Position numbers and translations under genes: made by a program
Notes under the pieces: model-generated
What the model saw: only the letters and a program-made list of their open reading frames with translations
Database searches by the model: none
Told to the model about the DNA's origin: nothing
Shown here: piece by piece, positions 1-10,935 of the stretch
Layout: each line of letters begins with the position of its first letter
How positions within the stretch are numbered: position 1 is the first letter of the stretch
Source of the DNA: Nitrosopumilus sp.
GTDB taxonomy: Archaea > Thermoproteota > Nitrososphaeria > Nitrososphaerales > Nitrosopumilaceae
DNA length: 64,000 nt
Assembly (NCBI GenBank): GCA_965203315.1
Contig: OZ241857.1
Location: 640,001-704,000 of the forward strand
Reading direction: 5' to 3'

Positions 1-1904
1 CGGCTATCAAGTATCAGATCATTAATTTCAGCACCATAAGACTCGTCATGTGATTTTAGAGCGTTAAGTACCTGCCACACTGCCTTCCATGTCTTGTTAT
101 CGTCTAGTGCATCAACGGGATTGATTCCAGCAGGTATGGCAACAGGAATGATCACATAACCATACTTTTTACCAGATGCTCTACGCATCACACGACCTAC
201 AGACTGGACTACATCGACTCGAGACTTGCGCGGATTTAGGAATATTACTCCATCTAGCGCTGGAACATCAACTCCTTCAGATAGACATCGGGCATTTGAT
301 ATTATTCTACATGTGTCGGGATCTTGATTACTATCTTTGAGCCACTCTAGCTGTTGGCGTCTCTTGTTGGCACTGGTGCTACCGTCCATGTGCTTGACCT
401 CGACTTTAGATGTACCGCCCTTGATCTCTTCATACTGTGTAACTACTTTGTCGAAACTACGATCTACATCATCCTGATCTTTTATTATGCCAGCAAATAA
501 TTTTGACGCGTCTATACGATTTGTAAAAGCAATGATTCTTTGCAATAGTCTTGGTTTCTCTTCATCACCTGTAGAATATTTTATGCCATGCCACGTAGCT
601 GCTAGATTGGTTCTAGCATCTAGAGGCATCACATTGTCCTCGTTTGCCACAGATTGCTGAAATGTCTTGTCGATGATATCAGCTGGAACAACTGCAACCT
701 TTACTCTAAAGTCAGCTAGTATTCCCTTGTTTACTGCATCTTTAAAACTAAGCTTGTGGAATACTGGACCATACTTGGACTCGTCGTCCATAGAGTATAG
801 ATTGTCAGTCATCTTTGTTTTAATGGCATCGGTATATACACGAGGAGTGGCAGTCATGTACAATCGCCTCTTACCAGAGATGTTGGAATCTTTGTGAATT
901 AGTTTAAAGTATGATTCATCTTCTACTCCTGTTGTACGATGTGCCTCGTCACAGAATATTGCATCAAATGTGCGACCCTTCATAGTCTGTCTGACGACAT
1001 CTAGAGACTGATACGTTGAAAAGATCACAGTCATCTTGTCGCCAGGTATTGATGAAATGTATGATTTTAGGGTTTTAGGATCAGTAGATACAGGACATTC
1101 TAAATCGGTAAGCGAACCCTCTTCAGATGCAGATACAGTTTTGTCAGAGCATACAGCTATGAAATTATATTTTACGTTAGCATTGTTTGACCAATCTCTC
1201 ATACTTTGTTGAATTAAGGATATTGACGGTACAACATACAATATCAACCCCCCTCTACCTTGTACATGTTCAGCTACATGTAACGCAGTTAGAGTCTTGC
1301 CTGTACCACATGCCATTATTAATTGTCCACGATCATGTGTTTCAAAGTGGTCCAGTACGTCCTCTAGAGCATCCTTTTGATATGGTCGTAATGTAAATGG
1401 TTTATGTAATCTCTCAAACGAATCTGGATATCTACTCCAATCTACATTAGCAGATTTAAAGTCAGACTTTTCTATGACTGTACATTTTATTCCTTTGAGT
1501 TTCTTGAGTGCTGTACTAGTAATAGTATCTGATGTATGCGCAAATATTTTTTGTACGATTTTAACGCCTGAAGCTTTTTCAATAGCTGGTATTGCAGATA
1601 TAAATGAAGATACACCTTTGTTGTCTATTGTGTTGTCGTCGTCATAAAACTTGCATTGCACTGCACAATAGGTACCATCGTGTCGCTCCGCCATTATGTC
1701 TATACCAATATCGCGGTCAGTGCGTTTTTGCCACTTGTTCCAACGGTCTACCTTTCTGAATTGATTTCTGTAAATAGGATCAGTTTCTAGAAATCGTTTG
1801 ACAAGTATCTCAAATTGCTCTCCTTTCTCAACATCATTTTTAGCGGATGATCTAATCTCTTGTAAGATATCATCAAATGTCTTGGTCTCTTGTTTGGAGA
1901 CCAA
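1..1904 (-). CDS. Type ISP (LlaGI/LlaBIII-like) restriction-modification enzyme, 5' part; runs off window edge
   Basis: Not in the ORF track (no stop within the window). Manual translation from TTG at 1904 gives an Mrr-like nuclease (..DIGIDIMAE..AVQCKFY), then SF2 helicase motifs MACGTGKT, FCDEAHRT, MTATPR, LSEGVDVPALD, QSVGRVMR. Frame checked at 1316 and 278. Confidence 0.85.
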   Translation of the reverse strand, partial: MVSKQETKTFDDILQEIRSSAKNDVEKGEQFEILVKRFLETDPIYRNQFRKVDRWNKWQKRTDRDIGIDIMAERHDGTYCAVQCKFYDDDNTIDNKGVSSFISAIPAIEKASGVKIVQKIFAHTSDTITSTALKKLKGIKCTVIEKSDFKSANVDWSRYPDSFERLHKPFTLRPYQKDALEDVLDHFETHDRGQLIMACGTGKTLTALHVAEHVQGRGGLILYVVPSISLIQQSMRDWSNNANVKYNFIAVCSDKTVSASEEGSLTDLECPVSTDPKTLKSYISSIPGDKMTVIFSTYQSLDVVRQTMKGRTFDAIFCDEAHRTTGVEDESYFKLIHKDSNISGKRRLYMTATPRVYTDAIKTKMTDNLYSMDDESKYGPVFHKLSFKDAVNKGILADFRVKVAVVPADIIDKTFQQSVANEDNVMPLDARTNLAATWHGIKYSTGDEEKPRLLQRIIAFTNRIDASKLFAGIIKDQDDVDRSFDKVVTQYEEIKGGTSKVEVKHMDGSTSANKRRQQLEWLKDSNQDPDTCRIISNARCLSEGVDVPALDGVIFLNPRKSRVDVVQSVGRVMRRASGKKYGYVIIPVAIPAGINPVDALDDNKTWKAVWQVLNALKSHDESYGAEINDLILDS

Positions 1905-1972
1905 TTAGATGATCTCCTTTGAAGCATATTCATTTGAGTGATTACAGTAAGGATGAGTAGATTTTGTATCAT

Positions 1973-2041
1973 AGTGATGTAAGTTGTAAGTGATGTAAGT
2001 TGTAAGTGATGTAAGTTGTAAGTGATGTAAGTTGTAAGTGA
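1973..2041. repeat. Tandem repeat, 16-bp unit AGTGATGTAAGTTGTA x4.3
   Basis: Read directly; lies about 70 bp upstream of the Type ISP start. Confidence 0.95.
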
Positions 2042-2428
2042 ATCTGTGTCATCCACTGGGGACTAGTTTCTGTCCTATTTGGATTTATACACGCCATTAA
2101 CAAAATCGAGACTGTCGAGTTTTTATATCTATGTGAATGAATCTCTTCGATTTATGTGAGATAGTGTTTCGCAAGGCTTTTTCTGTAATTTTCTCTTATG
2201 GACTCTTGTAGTGTTTTCTGTAACTCTCCATCTCACGTAAACCGAAGAGATCTGATCAGAATTGCCTTACCAAGATAAGAGATGGACAGTACAAATTGTT
2301 CAGGCACATTGTGGGTGACTTGAAGCAAAACGTCAGGCTTGTACAGGAATCAAGACGATCTATATCCAAGCCTCTGCAGACGATGACTGTACACCATAAT
2401 GCCAAGAGCGTATTTTGATGGTCACCAT

Positions 2429-3109
2429 CTAGATTGCTTTTTTGCATACCAGTTCCCATTGATACCAAGAACCAGTATTTGGTTGATCACGTTTTATGGC
2501 TAGTTCACGTATAGATTGCATGGTCATGCCTCTGGACTCAACACATTCTTTTAATTCATCTTTTGCAAAGAAATGTATCAACATATCTTGCTTTGATCCT
2601 TCATCGTATCGTATAGTTAGTCCATCGGTATCTTCAAGGATTGTATGCTTGTGATGTATTTCAGTAGATATTGAATTTACACGTACAAACAACATACCAT
2701 TGTTTGCTAGTAGTTTATTGATCTTGTCAAAGTATGAAGTGATTATTTTCTTGTTTCCATGTTGAAGTACTTGGATGGCGACAATATATCCAAAGGTATC
2801 ACTAGTTTCAAGTCCACTGATACTGACACACCACAAGTCTTTAGCATATTTTGGATACAAGCAGACTAGCTCAGATATGGCATTTTGTGATAGATCGATA
2901 CCCAGAATATCTAGATTTTTGGCTCGTAATGGAATGTAATTTCTTCCATTTCCACAACCGAGATACAATCCACGTTCCTGATCTAGATCATTTGCTTTTA
3001 CGAAATTAATGATCTCCTTTACAAAGTCGATCGGAGACTCGTCTCTATATCTGCCCATACTATACTGATCGTTCCATCTAGATGCTATTGTCATATCTTG
3101 AGGCATCAT
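2429..3109 (-). CDS. Class I SAM-dependent methyltransferase
   Basis: Motif I LYLGCGNGRN, GIDLS. Confidence 0.85.
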   Translation of the reverse strand: MMPQDMTIASRWNDQYSMGRYRDESPIDFVKEIINFVKANDLDQERGLYLGCGNGRNYIPLRAKNLDILGIDLSQNAISELVCLYPKYAKDLWCVSISGLETSDTFGYIVAIQVLQHGNKKIITSYFDKINKLLANNGMLFVRVNSISTEIHHKHTILEDTDGLTIRYDEGSKQDMLIHFFAKDELKECVESRGMTMQSIRELAIKRDQPNTGSWYQWELVCKKAI

Positions 3110-3377
3110 AGTTCTAACTCAAGATTTGATCATATAATGCCTTGTTACAAAACAACATAAATCACAACCAATCACACTATACAACACATCTAGAATGCTA
3201 CGATTTACAAGTAGGGATTTCATACAACATGTGCTCTCAAGAGATAAACTATACTAGACATGTCCAACTTTTTTTATTCTACCAGTATGGTATCTCAACA
3301 CCAAAAGAACCTGTCACATGCTGTGAAAAATGTACATACGGGATCATGGACGATAAAGTAAAAAAAATAGTTAAAGT

Positions 3378-4358
3378 TTATTGAGGCTCTAACTCTTGAA
3401 TTTTATCTTTGGCTTTTTGCAATTCAGCTTCTATTGCCTCTAGTTTTGATTCAGTAGTCTCTAGTTTGGTTTTCAGTTCTTCATTTTCTTCTTGTAGTCG
3501 TTGACGTTCCGAATCTGCCTCTTCGTGTAGTTTTTCTAGTACTGCATGTTTTTCTTCAAGTGGATCATATATCAATTGCAGTGCGTTCAATTTGGACTTC
3601 CATGAATTGATTGTCACTTTCAAGTCTTGTTTCTGGTCTACACATTTCTGGTGTTTTACTTTCCAATGATCTTTTAGTTTAATTTTGTTCTCTCTGGCTT
3701 CGTCTAGTTTCTCTATTCGATCATTGAGTTCTGTGGTTGATAGTGATCTTGTTTGTAATGCTGGTTGATTTTGGTCGTCAAACACGTACAAACATTTTTC
3801 ATTTGTGGCTGGGTTCACTCTTACAGAAAGAAAAGTCCAGTCTTGTTCTGAACCTTCAAATTCTGTATGATTATGTATCCAATCTACATCAGGATCTACA
3901 GAATTATCTTTTTTGTAAAAGGCATGTGTATTTTCGATTGAAATGGCTCCTTGTGTTAGGTCGCTCCAATCAACTGTTCTTTGGCTTTCAATTGTCCATT
4001 TACCATATGTAGATTTGTCGGTTTCGTCAAATCCAAACTCATATTCCGTTTTACTGATACTGTCCAATGATATAGTGAATGAAAAATCACCCTCAGAATC
4101 TGTGACTTGTTCTGTGATCAGTCTCTTGTTAAAACTGAATATATGTTCGCCACTTGAAGCAGTGCCAGTGTATTCATCAAAAACCAATGATGTACTAACC
4201 AAACCATAATTTCCTGTATTACCAGATATGGTGAACTCTGTACAACCATCAATGGTCACATCTATACTTGCTTCTTTGTCCGCATATACGTCAGATATCC
4301 CTACAACTCCCACTGTAGCGAGAATTGCTATGATACTAGCTGTCATTGTTTTCATCAT
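3378..4358 (-). CDS. Secreted/surface protein with C-terminal coiled coil
   Basis: N-terminal signal-peptide-like segment (..IIAILATVGVVGISDVYA), beta-rich middle, heptad-rich C-terminus. Confidence 0.7.
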   Translation of the reverse strand: MMKTMTASIIAILATVGVVGISDVYADKEASIDVTIDGCTEFTISGNTGNYGLVSTSLVFDEYTGTASSGEHIFSFNKRLITEQVTDSEGDFSFTISLDSISKTEYEFGFDETDKSTYGKWTIESQRTVDWSDLTQGAISIENTHAFYKKDNSVDPDVDWIHNHTEFEGSEQDWTFLSVRVNPATNEKCLYVFDDQNQPALQTRSLSTTELNDRIEKLDEARENKIKLKDHWKVKHQKCVDQKQDLKVTINSWKSKLNALQLIYDPLEEKHAVLEKLHEEADSERQRLQEENEELKTKLETTESKLEAIEAELQKAKDKIQELEPQ

Positions 4359-4371
4359 TGAAGTTGCGTTA

Positions 4372-4388
4372 GGGGGGGGGGTTATAAA
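4372..4388 (-). promoter_or_regulatory. TATA box (TTTATAA) followed directly by a C10 tract, 30 nt before the ATG of 3378..4358
   Basis: Plus strand reads G10 (4372-4381) then TTATAAA. Confidence 0.6.
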
Positions 4389-5004
4389 GGTATTCTTTAC
4401 ACTTGTGTAACTCTTGACATGTTGATATCAAGACATAGTCTGCATCTACCAATCCCATATACACCAGATATACAATTCTCAAAACTCTGATACACAATAG
4501 ATCTAACGATCAACACCAAACAATCAAAAGAACTTGAAGATCTGTGGTTGATTGTTCTCTTGGTTTTGATGTAGTCTCTTGTGTGTCATCTGCTGAGACT
4601 CGGTCATGTGTGTAAGTATAGCCAAACACTTGTCACATACAACTTTTTTGGGCGATTCGATCTTTTGTGGTTTTGATCGAAACTTATTCAAGATGAATCT
4701 AATGTATGCATCTTTTGTGTTTGGAAATTATAGTGTAATTCTCAGTAGTGTAGACAAGGCGACTTTTTTGGAAATATGTCTCTACACTTTGGACAGTATA
4801 CTTTACCTGGAGCAGTCTTGCACTCGTGCATGTGATGTGGTTTAGCATTTGTATCAAAGCATTTGTGATCTTTGAATACATGGAAGTTAGACAGCGTTTA
4901 CAGTTCATGCGTTTGAAATGTACTAGATTGGAGTATATCGGATGTGAAGATCAATCTCATACTGTCTAGATTACTAGTTTTCAGCGAGTCCTGCTATTCT
5001 TTTT

Positions 5005-5703
5005 CTATAACTCTTGTAGTCTATGGTCTAAAATTTCAATATCAAATATTTCACTAGATCGCTGACGAGGGTTTGCTAGAATGAATCTCCGTATCTTACG
5101 ATCCAGTTCTTTGTCATTTACTGCAGGTGGTTTAACTCCCGATGCCAGTATCTCCCTTACGTCTTTTCTCATTAGACGTATAGTCTTTTGATGCAGATGT
5201 AAACCCATCCTCATAAGAAATAGTTTGATCAAATGTTGAGCAATATCTCTACGTGTGTTAAATTTATCGAGATAGTCAAAATATCCTTGCACCAGTATTG
5301 GAATCATCTCTATCTCTGGCTCTACACGCATATCTGTTGCGATCTTTGCTATTCTCTGTTTAAATGAGCGATGTTCATCCCGTGCCAATCCTTCATAGTC
5401 CGCCCAATAGTACTCTGCATTGTTTAGACAATACTCATCTGCATTTTCATAAAATTCATCAACGTATTCACTCAATCGTTTAGCGATCTCTTTTGGATCT
5501 TCTTTGCGTAGTTGAACATATCTGCAATGTCTACTATGCTTGTGTGTACATGGCTTCAATACTATCTCTAGCGTACAACACATTATGAATATTACTTGTG
5601 ATCTCCAAAAGAACCGATTCTCAGCCACAAGATAAACCAACATTGATACTGACATATACTGAATGTGTGATCTACTTGTTCTAGATATCATGTTGAACTC
5701 CAA
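5005..5703 (-). CDS. Hypothetical protein (true start probably downstream)
   Basis: Long ORF co-oriented with the element genes. Confidence 0.5.
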   Translation of the reverse strand: MEFNMISRTSRSHIQYMSVSMLVYLVAENRFFWRSQVIFIMCCTLEIVLKPCTHKHSRHCRYVQLRKEDPKEIAKRLSEYVDEFYENADEYCLNNAEYYWADYEGLARDEHRSFKQRIAKIATDMRVEPEIEMIPILVQGYFDYLDKFNTRRDIAQHLIKLFLMRMGLHLHQKTIRLMRKDVREILASGVKPPAVNDKELDRKIRRFILANPRQRSSEIFDIEILDHRLQEL

Positions 5704-5899
5704 AATATACTTGGATAATATGTGGCGTTGTGTTATGATCCACTAGTGTTGTATTATGATCCACTAGTATTCTATACATGACACTTGGGATAGCATCTCA
5801 TGCCCTTGTACTTGTTCCAGTATATGACATCACCCATAGATATCTCTTTACCACATATGGTACACTGATCACTATGCTTTGCTGTTATCTGCATATCAA

Positions 5900-6445
5900 T
5901 CATCTCGACGCAACGATCTCCCACTGTAGATACTTTGTATTGCCTATGACAAGGTTTACGGGTCTCATTCGTTCAATGTCAAAGTCGGTAAGATGTAGCT
6001 CTAGTTCATACTCTGTAAAATAGTGTACATGTGTATCGTTCAGTATGGTGAAACCGCCACGAGGATCACGTTCTGTGACTTTATTAGAGTTGAAGAGTTT
6101 TGGCGTCGCCTTGTTTGCATACATGTACAGTATGGAACCTCTATGCAATATGCGAGATAGAGTCTCAAACAACTCGAAGGTATTGTGTACTTTACCTGCA
6201 AACGCTCTGATGGCGATTGCATAGTCTATTGTACTGTATGGAACATCGTCTAGCATCTGTATGAACGTGCCTGATCTAGATGTATCTAGGTTGATCAAAT
6301 CTTGTACACCATGTAACGAAACATACTCTCTGCCATCACCAATGTATAGTCCATTTCCATTTAGCAACTCACGAGCCTGCAACATCTTGATGATATCAGA
6401 GATGATATATGGTACTCGTACCTCTGGTATGTCTGAATCTTGCAA
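5900..6445 (-). CDS. Divergent SAM-methyltransferase-like protein, paralog of 2429..3109
   Basis: Shared segments GLYIG/GLYLG, HYFTEYEL/HFFAKDEL, QWEIV/QWELV; motif I shortened. Confidence 0.55.
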   Translation of the reverse strand: MQDSDIPEVRVPYIISDIIKMLQARELLNGNGLYIGDGREYVSLHGVQDLINLDTSRSGTFIQMLDDVPYSTIDYAIAIRAFAGKVHNTFELFETLSRILHRGSILYMYANKATPKLFNSNKVTERDPRGGFTILNDTHVHYFTEYELELHLTDFDIERMRPVNLVIGNTKYLQWEIVASR

Positions 6446-7292
6446 GTCTAGAGTAACTTGTACTGTCTAGTTGTGATAGAATTGAGTTGTTTTATCGTCT
6501 TTATTACTGATTCGTATGTGTTTATCAATAGTTCTAGTGGATCAAAATCTGACATTGTACTCTTTCATTTCTTTCTTCTAAATAACCCAATATTGCTTTA
6601 GTAATCTAGTAAATGAGTTAATCCACTCTCATTCTAGATTGGTTTTTCTTTTTTTGATAATGATCTTGTAATGTAGATTGATTCCCGTATTGTTATACTC
6701 TTGAAATCGGGTTTAGGCATTTATCTTTATCATTATAACATCTAACACATATTGGTAGATTCGTAAGATTTTGTATCGTCTCTATATTAGATGTGAAACA
6801 CTTGTGACACAATCCTGTCTTTGTCATTTTCTACATTCCTACAGAATAAACTCTAATTCATTCACTAGTTTTCCAAGCCTTTGATTTTTTTGAATAGAGG
6901 TTTATCACAAGGTAATAGCACGTCTTGTTGGTCGTCTATTCTTTTTTCTAATTTCGTTAGCATAATGGCGTGTTTATTGGTTATGTAATGTATGTCATGT
7001 ATGTCATGTGTGTAATGTGTGTCATGTATGCGTCTCTCAGTCTTGTCCATAATTCTACTGTCTCACCATATCCACCAATATAGTCAAAAACTGATCTCTT
7101 TGTTTCTTACAGATGTTTAGTATCTTGTCTATTTTCGATCTCTAGAATAGTAAACTGCTTGTCAAGAGATATTTTTTCCAAGTCATGTTCTAATTCAACT
7201 AGGATAAATTCACTACCTGTGTCTAGTTTTTGCATCGTATAACAGTCATACGCTTGTGAGTTTCTTTCAATGTCGTGGCTATTTTATCTATG

Positions 7293-7631
7293 CTATTCAT
7301 TTTTCATTTGTTCTTCTATGTTCTTTTTCAGATCATCTACCCACGCCTCTGATCTCTCTCGATAAAACGATAGTTTATGAGCAGAGCCATCTATACTCTT
7401 CTTCTCAGCAATATACTCGTACACGGTGCGTATTAACTCGTAGTCATATTCATGTAGTCCTGTTATGATTACTTTCCAGAACCGCCCTCGTTTACCTGCT
7501 TCCCAACAGGTATCGCAAATCCAATTATCTTGATAGGATTTATGGTAGCCATAATTTCTGCAATGCACACAGGTACTCTTTGGATCTTTTGCATCAAAGC
7601 AACCGTCTGTCATACTCGATGCTCCCCACAA
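7293..7631 (-). CDS. Small hypothetical protein with CxxC...CxxC
   Basis: CVHC and CDTC motifs. Confidence 0.45.
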   Translation of the reverse strand: MWGASSMTDGCFDAKDPKSTCVHCRNYGYHKSYQDNWICDTCWEAGKRGRFWKVIITGLHEYDYELIRTVYEYIAEKKSIDGSAHKLSFYRERSEAWVDDLKKNIEEQMKNE

Positions 7632-8608
7632 TCTTTACAAGTGGCACAATTAAAACACCTCTCACCAAAGGTAAATCCCACGTATATTTCTGTATCACAC
7701 TCTTTTACAACCATCATTACTCCATACCAGACATTCATGTATATCATACTTGTTACATGCTTTTGTATTTTCAGTTCTTCCAAATTACATACAACACTAT
7801 AACGCTAGTCATCATACTAGATCTTGAATGACTCGTTACAGTCTTGACATTTCATTTTAATCGTATATCCTCACCTTCAAACTCGTCAAACCAATTCCCT
7901 TTGATACTCAAGAGGTGTCCACAATTCATACAGAATATTACGTTTAGATTAGATGTAAGACATGCTTTGTTTAGTTTTTTGCAACAAGTCATACTTTCTA
8001 GATTCCTTTCAAATCAGCTAGTTCTTTGGCTTTACGCTCTTTTGAGATAATCGAGTATTCTAGTTGTTACTAGAATTGGTACATATCTACACATGCGAGA
8101 ATGACTCCAATTGTGAAACAACTCCGCCAACTGTATTCTATGCAACTCTATGCGATCAATTCTTGTTGTTTGATCCACTTGGAACGCTTTGGGTCTACTG
8201 CCACCGTGATCTTGCAGAATCTGCAGTAATGTCGTCTCATATGGTGATTACCTCTCCTGGTCATGCGGGTTAGACATTCTGGACATCTCATTCTTTAACA
8301 CCTTTTAAAATTATACGTGTCTAGACCAAAAATAGTGTATGATACAAGTTTGTTCATGTACTGTTCTGTGATTCTTTTCTCGTAACATGGACATTGCATG
8401 AATAATCCATAAATTAACCATAAATTAACCATCAATCAATTTTTTCTGTATGTTTGTTGTATTATTCACAACAGCAATTTCCAACACAACATCATTCCTT
8501 CTTTAAACAATAACCCATTATACTTTCAACTCTTTGTAATCGGAGTAAACACTTGTAACATACCCAGATATCAAGGTAGTGTCTCTCCTTTATTGCAAAC
8601 ACTAGATC

Positions 8609-9424
8609 TCATCTTTTTCTCTTCTTTTCTTTGAGGTCTTGGATCAACTCGCTCGCTTTACTGACATTGAGGGGCATATCTCCAGTATAACCCAATACCT
8701 TTAGGTACTTTATCTGTCGCACTGTTGGACTGGTACAGTTGGAGTGAGTGTTTACTGGTTTTTGGTCGCTTGTGTTTGATGTACTGGCATCAGATTGACT
8801 CTTTATGTTGGTTTGTAATCTATCATTGTTTTGTACACCAGTATTCTCTGGTGTACAAGTATCGTCTGTTGAGACATTTCCGGCAGTTGTACTCGAATCG
8901 GTACTGGGAATTGTACTAGATGAAGAAGCATCATCTCCAATATGTTTTACCTGTTGTTCTGTACAGTCTTTGATCATGTTGTCTATCTCTATTACGGGTA
9001 TGATCTGTCGCATTGCATTTCGCATCGCCTTTCCGTGTGCTTTGGTTCTACCAAATTCATCATAGTCCGTGCATACATACTGACCTGTCTCTTTATCAAA
9101 GCGATATTTCAAGAATGGTGACTCTGATACTCCTATAGTTACTGCACCTGTTCCAGCGTTCTTGACCTTTGCAGTTGAGTACCATATCCACTGCGATTTA
9201 TCATCGGGATCATGTTTTACTAGTTTTGTATCGGCAAATATTGCTTCGAGTGATTGACCATTTTCTGCCATCCTTTGAGCAATCCACTGTATACCTGTGT
9301 AGGAGAGTTCTTTGTTGCCTTGCTTGTTTACATACACTAGAGCTTGAATCAACTCTTTTGATGCATGTACGATCTGATAGTCATCCTCTTGTTCGTACGT
9401 CTCGATATCTGTATCTGGTACCAT
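8609..9424 (-). CDS. Putative Rad52/Sak-like single-strand annealing protein
   Basis: Conserved-looking N-domain ending KAHGKAMRNA, low-complexity linker, C-terminal PTVRQIKYL..ASELIQDL tail typical of viral SSAPs; recognised by pattern only. Confidence 0.5.
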   Translation of the reverse strand: MVPDTDIETYEQEDDYQIVHASKELIQALVYVNKQGNKELSYTGIQWIAQRMAENGQSLEAIFADTKLVKHDPDDKSQWIWYSTAKVKNAGTGAVTIGVSESPFLKYRFDKETGQYVCTDYDEFGRTKAHGKAMRNAMRQIIPVIEIDNMIKDCTEQQVKHIGDDASSSSTIPSTDSSTTAGNVSTDDTCTPENTGVQNNDRLQTNIKSQSDASTSNTSDQKPVNTHSNCTSPTVRQIKYLKVLGYTGDMPLNVSKASELIQDLKEKKRKR

Positions 9425-9457
9425 GCTAGTATATCTCCAATACTGCGTTAAGAGATA

Positions 9458-9973
9458 TCATTTCAGTAATTCTTGTTCAAACTTGACGCTGTTCTCTCTG
9501 ATGAGTCGATAGAACTCTCGTTCTTCTATGGCTAGTTTATTGATCAACTCGGCATTGAGATTGGTAGAGTCTGCAATCTTTACTAGTTTGCCGCGCCTCT
9601 TTCTAAACAGTTCTAACAACATACCTTCGACTTTATCATAGTCATATCGATCTAGCGTACTCGCTGCATCTTTGAGTTTGATGTAAAAGTGTAGGTCCAG
9701 AGTTGCCAGATTATACTCACCAATCATCTTTTCTTTGGACAGTGCCTGTTTGAGGGCCGATATCACACTGGATTTATCATATATGACCAAATTTTGTTGA
9801 GCAAGGACATCTGCAATCCATCTGGGAAGAGATACTAGCTCGCCCTCTTTACCAGATATCTTTGTTTCTTGTATCTGTATACGTATATCTCGTTTGAACG
9901 TGACCTTGATACAGTCTAGCTGATGACCTATTGTGTACAGTCTCGACATATCACTCATTTTGCCAAGTGACAA
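9458..9973 (-). CDS. GINS complex subunit (Gins23/Psf2-type)
   Basis: N-terminal beta domain with LPRWIADVL, helical domain with FYIKLK and RRGKLVKIA; near MCM. Confidence 0.75.
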   Translation of the reverse strand: MSLGKMSDMSRLYTIGHQLDCIKVTFKRDIRIQIQETKISGKEGELVSLPRWIADVLAQQNLVIYDKSSVISALKQALSKEKMIGEYNLATLDLHFYIKLKDAASTLDRYDYDKVEGMLLELFRKRRGKLVKIADSTNLNAELINKLAIEEREFYRLIRENSVKFEQELLK

Positions 9974-10004
9974 GTATTGATATCTAGATACATTGTACGG
10001 TAAG

Positions 10005-10475
10005 TCAAGAGAGCTCTTTCTTGATCCGCTCTGATTCTATAAACTTTACAAACGGCTCCATGTTATACTGGACTAGTGTCTTATTTACTGGATTGCCGAT
10101 ATAGTTCAACACCATATCCCGATATCTCTTGCGTGTACATGCCGATGATGTATGTACGTAATGTTTTATAGTATTATTCAATAACATGGGAGTCACAAAA
10201 GGGTATGATGGAAGTCTCTCCAACGCATCACTGATCCTCCTCAACTGTGCTAGTGTATTTTTATACAGTGGTTTACTAGGAGACTCTTGTATCGATACAT
10301 GTGACATCATGTACATCTCTAATGCATATTCAAGTTCTCTGCCATACACATTCTTGATTGTACCATACCTTGAGAGAAGAAAGTTGTGCCATTTTTCTTT
10401 AATCTCTGCGGATATCTTGGTCGATATGCGACCAGTACGGCGTTCTGGTTTATGACTATTCTTTGTTTCTGTCAT
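10005..10475 (-). CDS. Hypothetical protein, possible RHH-type DNA-binding N-terminus
   Basis: RISTKISAEIKEKW..ELEYALEMYM pattern. Confidence 0.45.
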   Translation of the reverse strand: MTETKNSHKPERRTGRISTKISAEIKEKWHNFLLSRYGTIKNVYGRELEYALEMYMMSHVSIQESPSKPLYKNTLAQLRRISDALERLPSYPFVTPMLLNNTIKHYVHTSSACTRKRYRDMVLNYIGNPVNKTLVQYNMEPFVKFIESERIKKELS

Positions 10476-10935
10476 GATTTATTGTATGTAATCTATATCT
10501 CCTGTTGGATACAGTATGCAGAGTACATATTGATAACATGTTATGGTAATGACTGAAAATGAAAACACATAACATTTGACGAATGTTGTCCATATGCATC
10601 CAGACATAAAATTCTAGGCACGAGATCCACATCTGTATAGTTTTTTGATGTATTTTTTTATTCAATTTGTGTATAAATGTGGAATGTCTGTATCGTTATA
10701 TGGTTTCTGACGTCAGCTGACGTTATTCTTGGATATTTCCTGAAACAGTTCATTTTTGGTTGGTCTTTTGGGCATTTTTGTTCAGAACCACGCCTAGAGA
10801 TTCTCATCTCGGAATGTTTTTTCGTCCGTGTGTCAAATGTCATATGTTTTCAAAAGTTTTTGCCATTCTTTTGTACATCTGGATGATAATACGATGTTAC
10901 TCAATTTGTACATAAACATAAACTGCTTATGTACT

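Noticed and set aside
1973-2041. CRISPR mini-array
   Set aside because: Contiguous tandem units with no spacers
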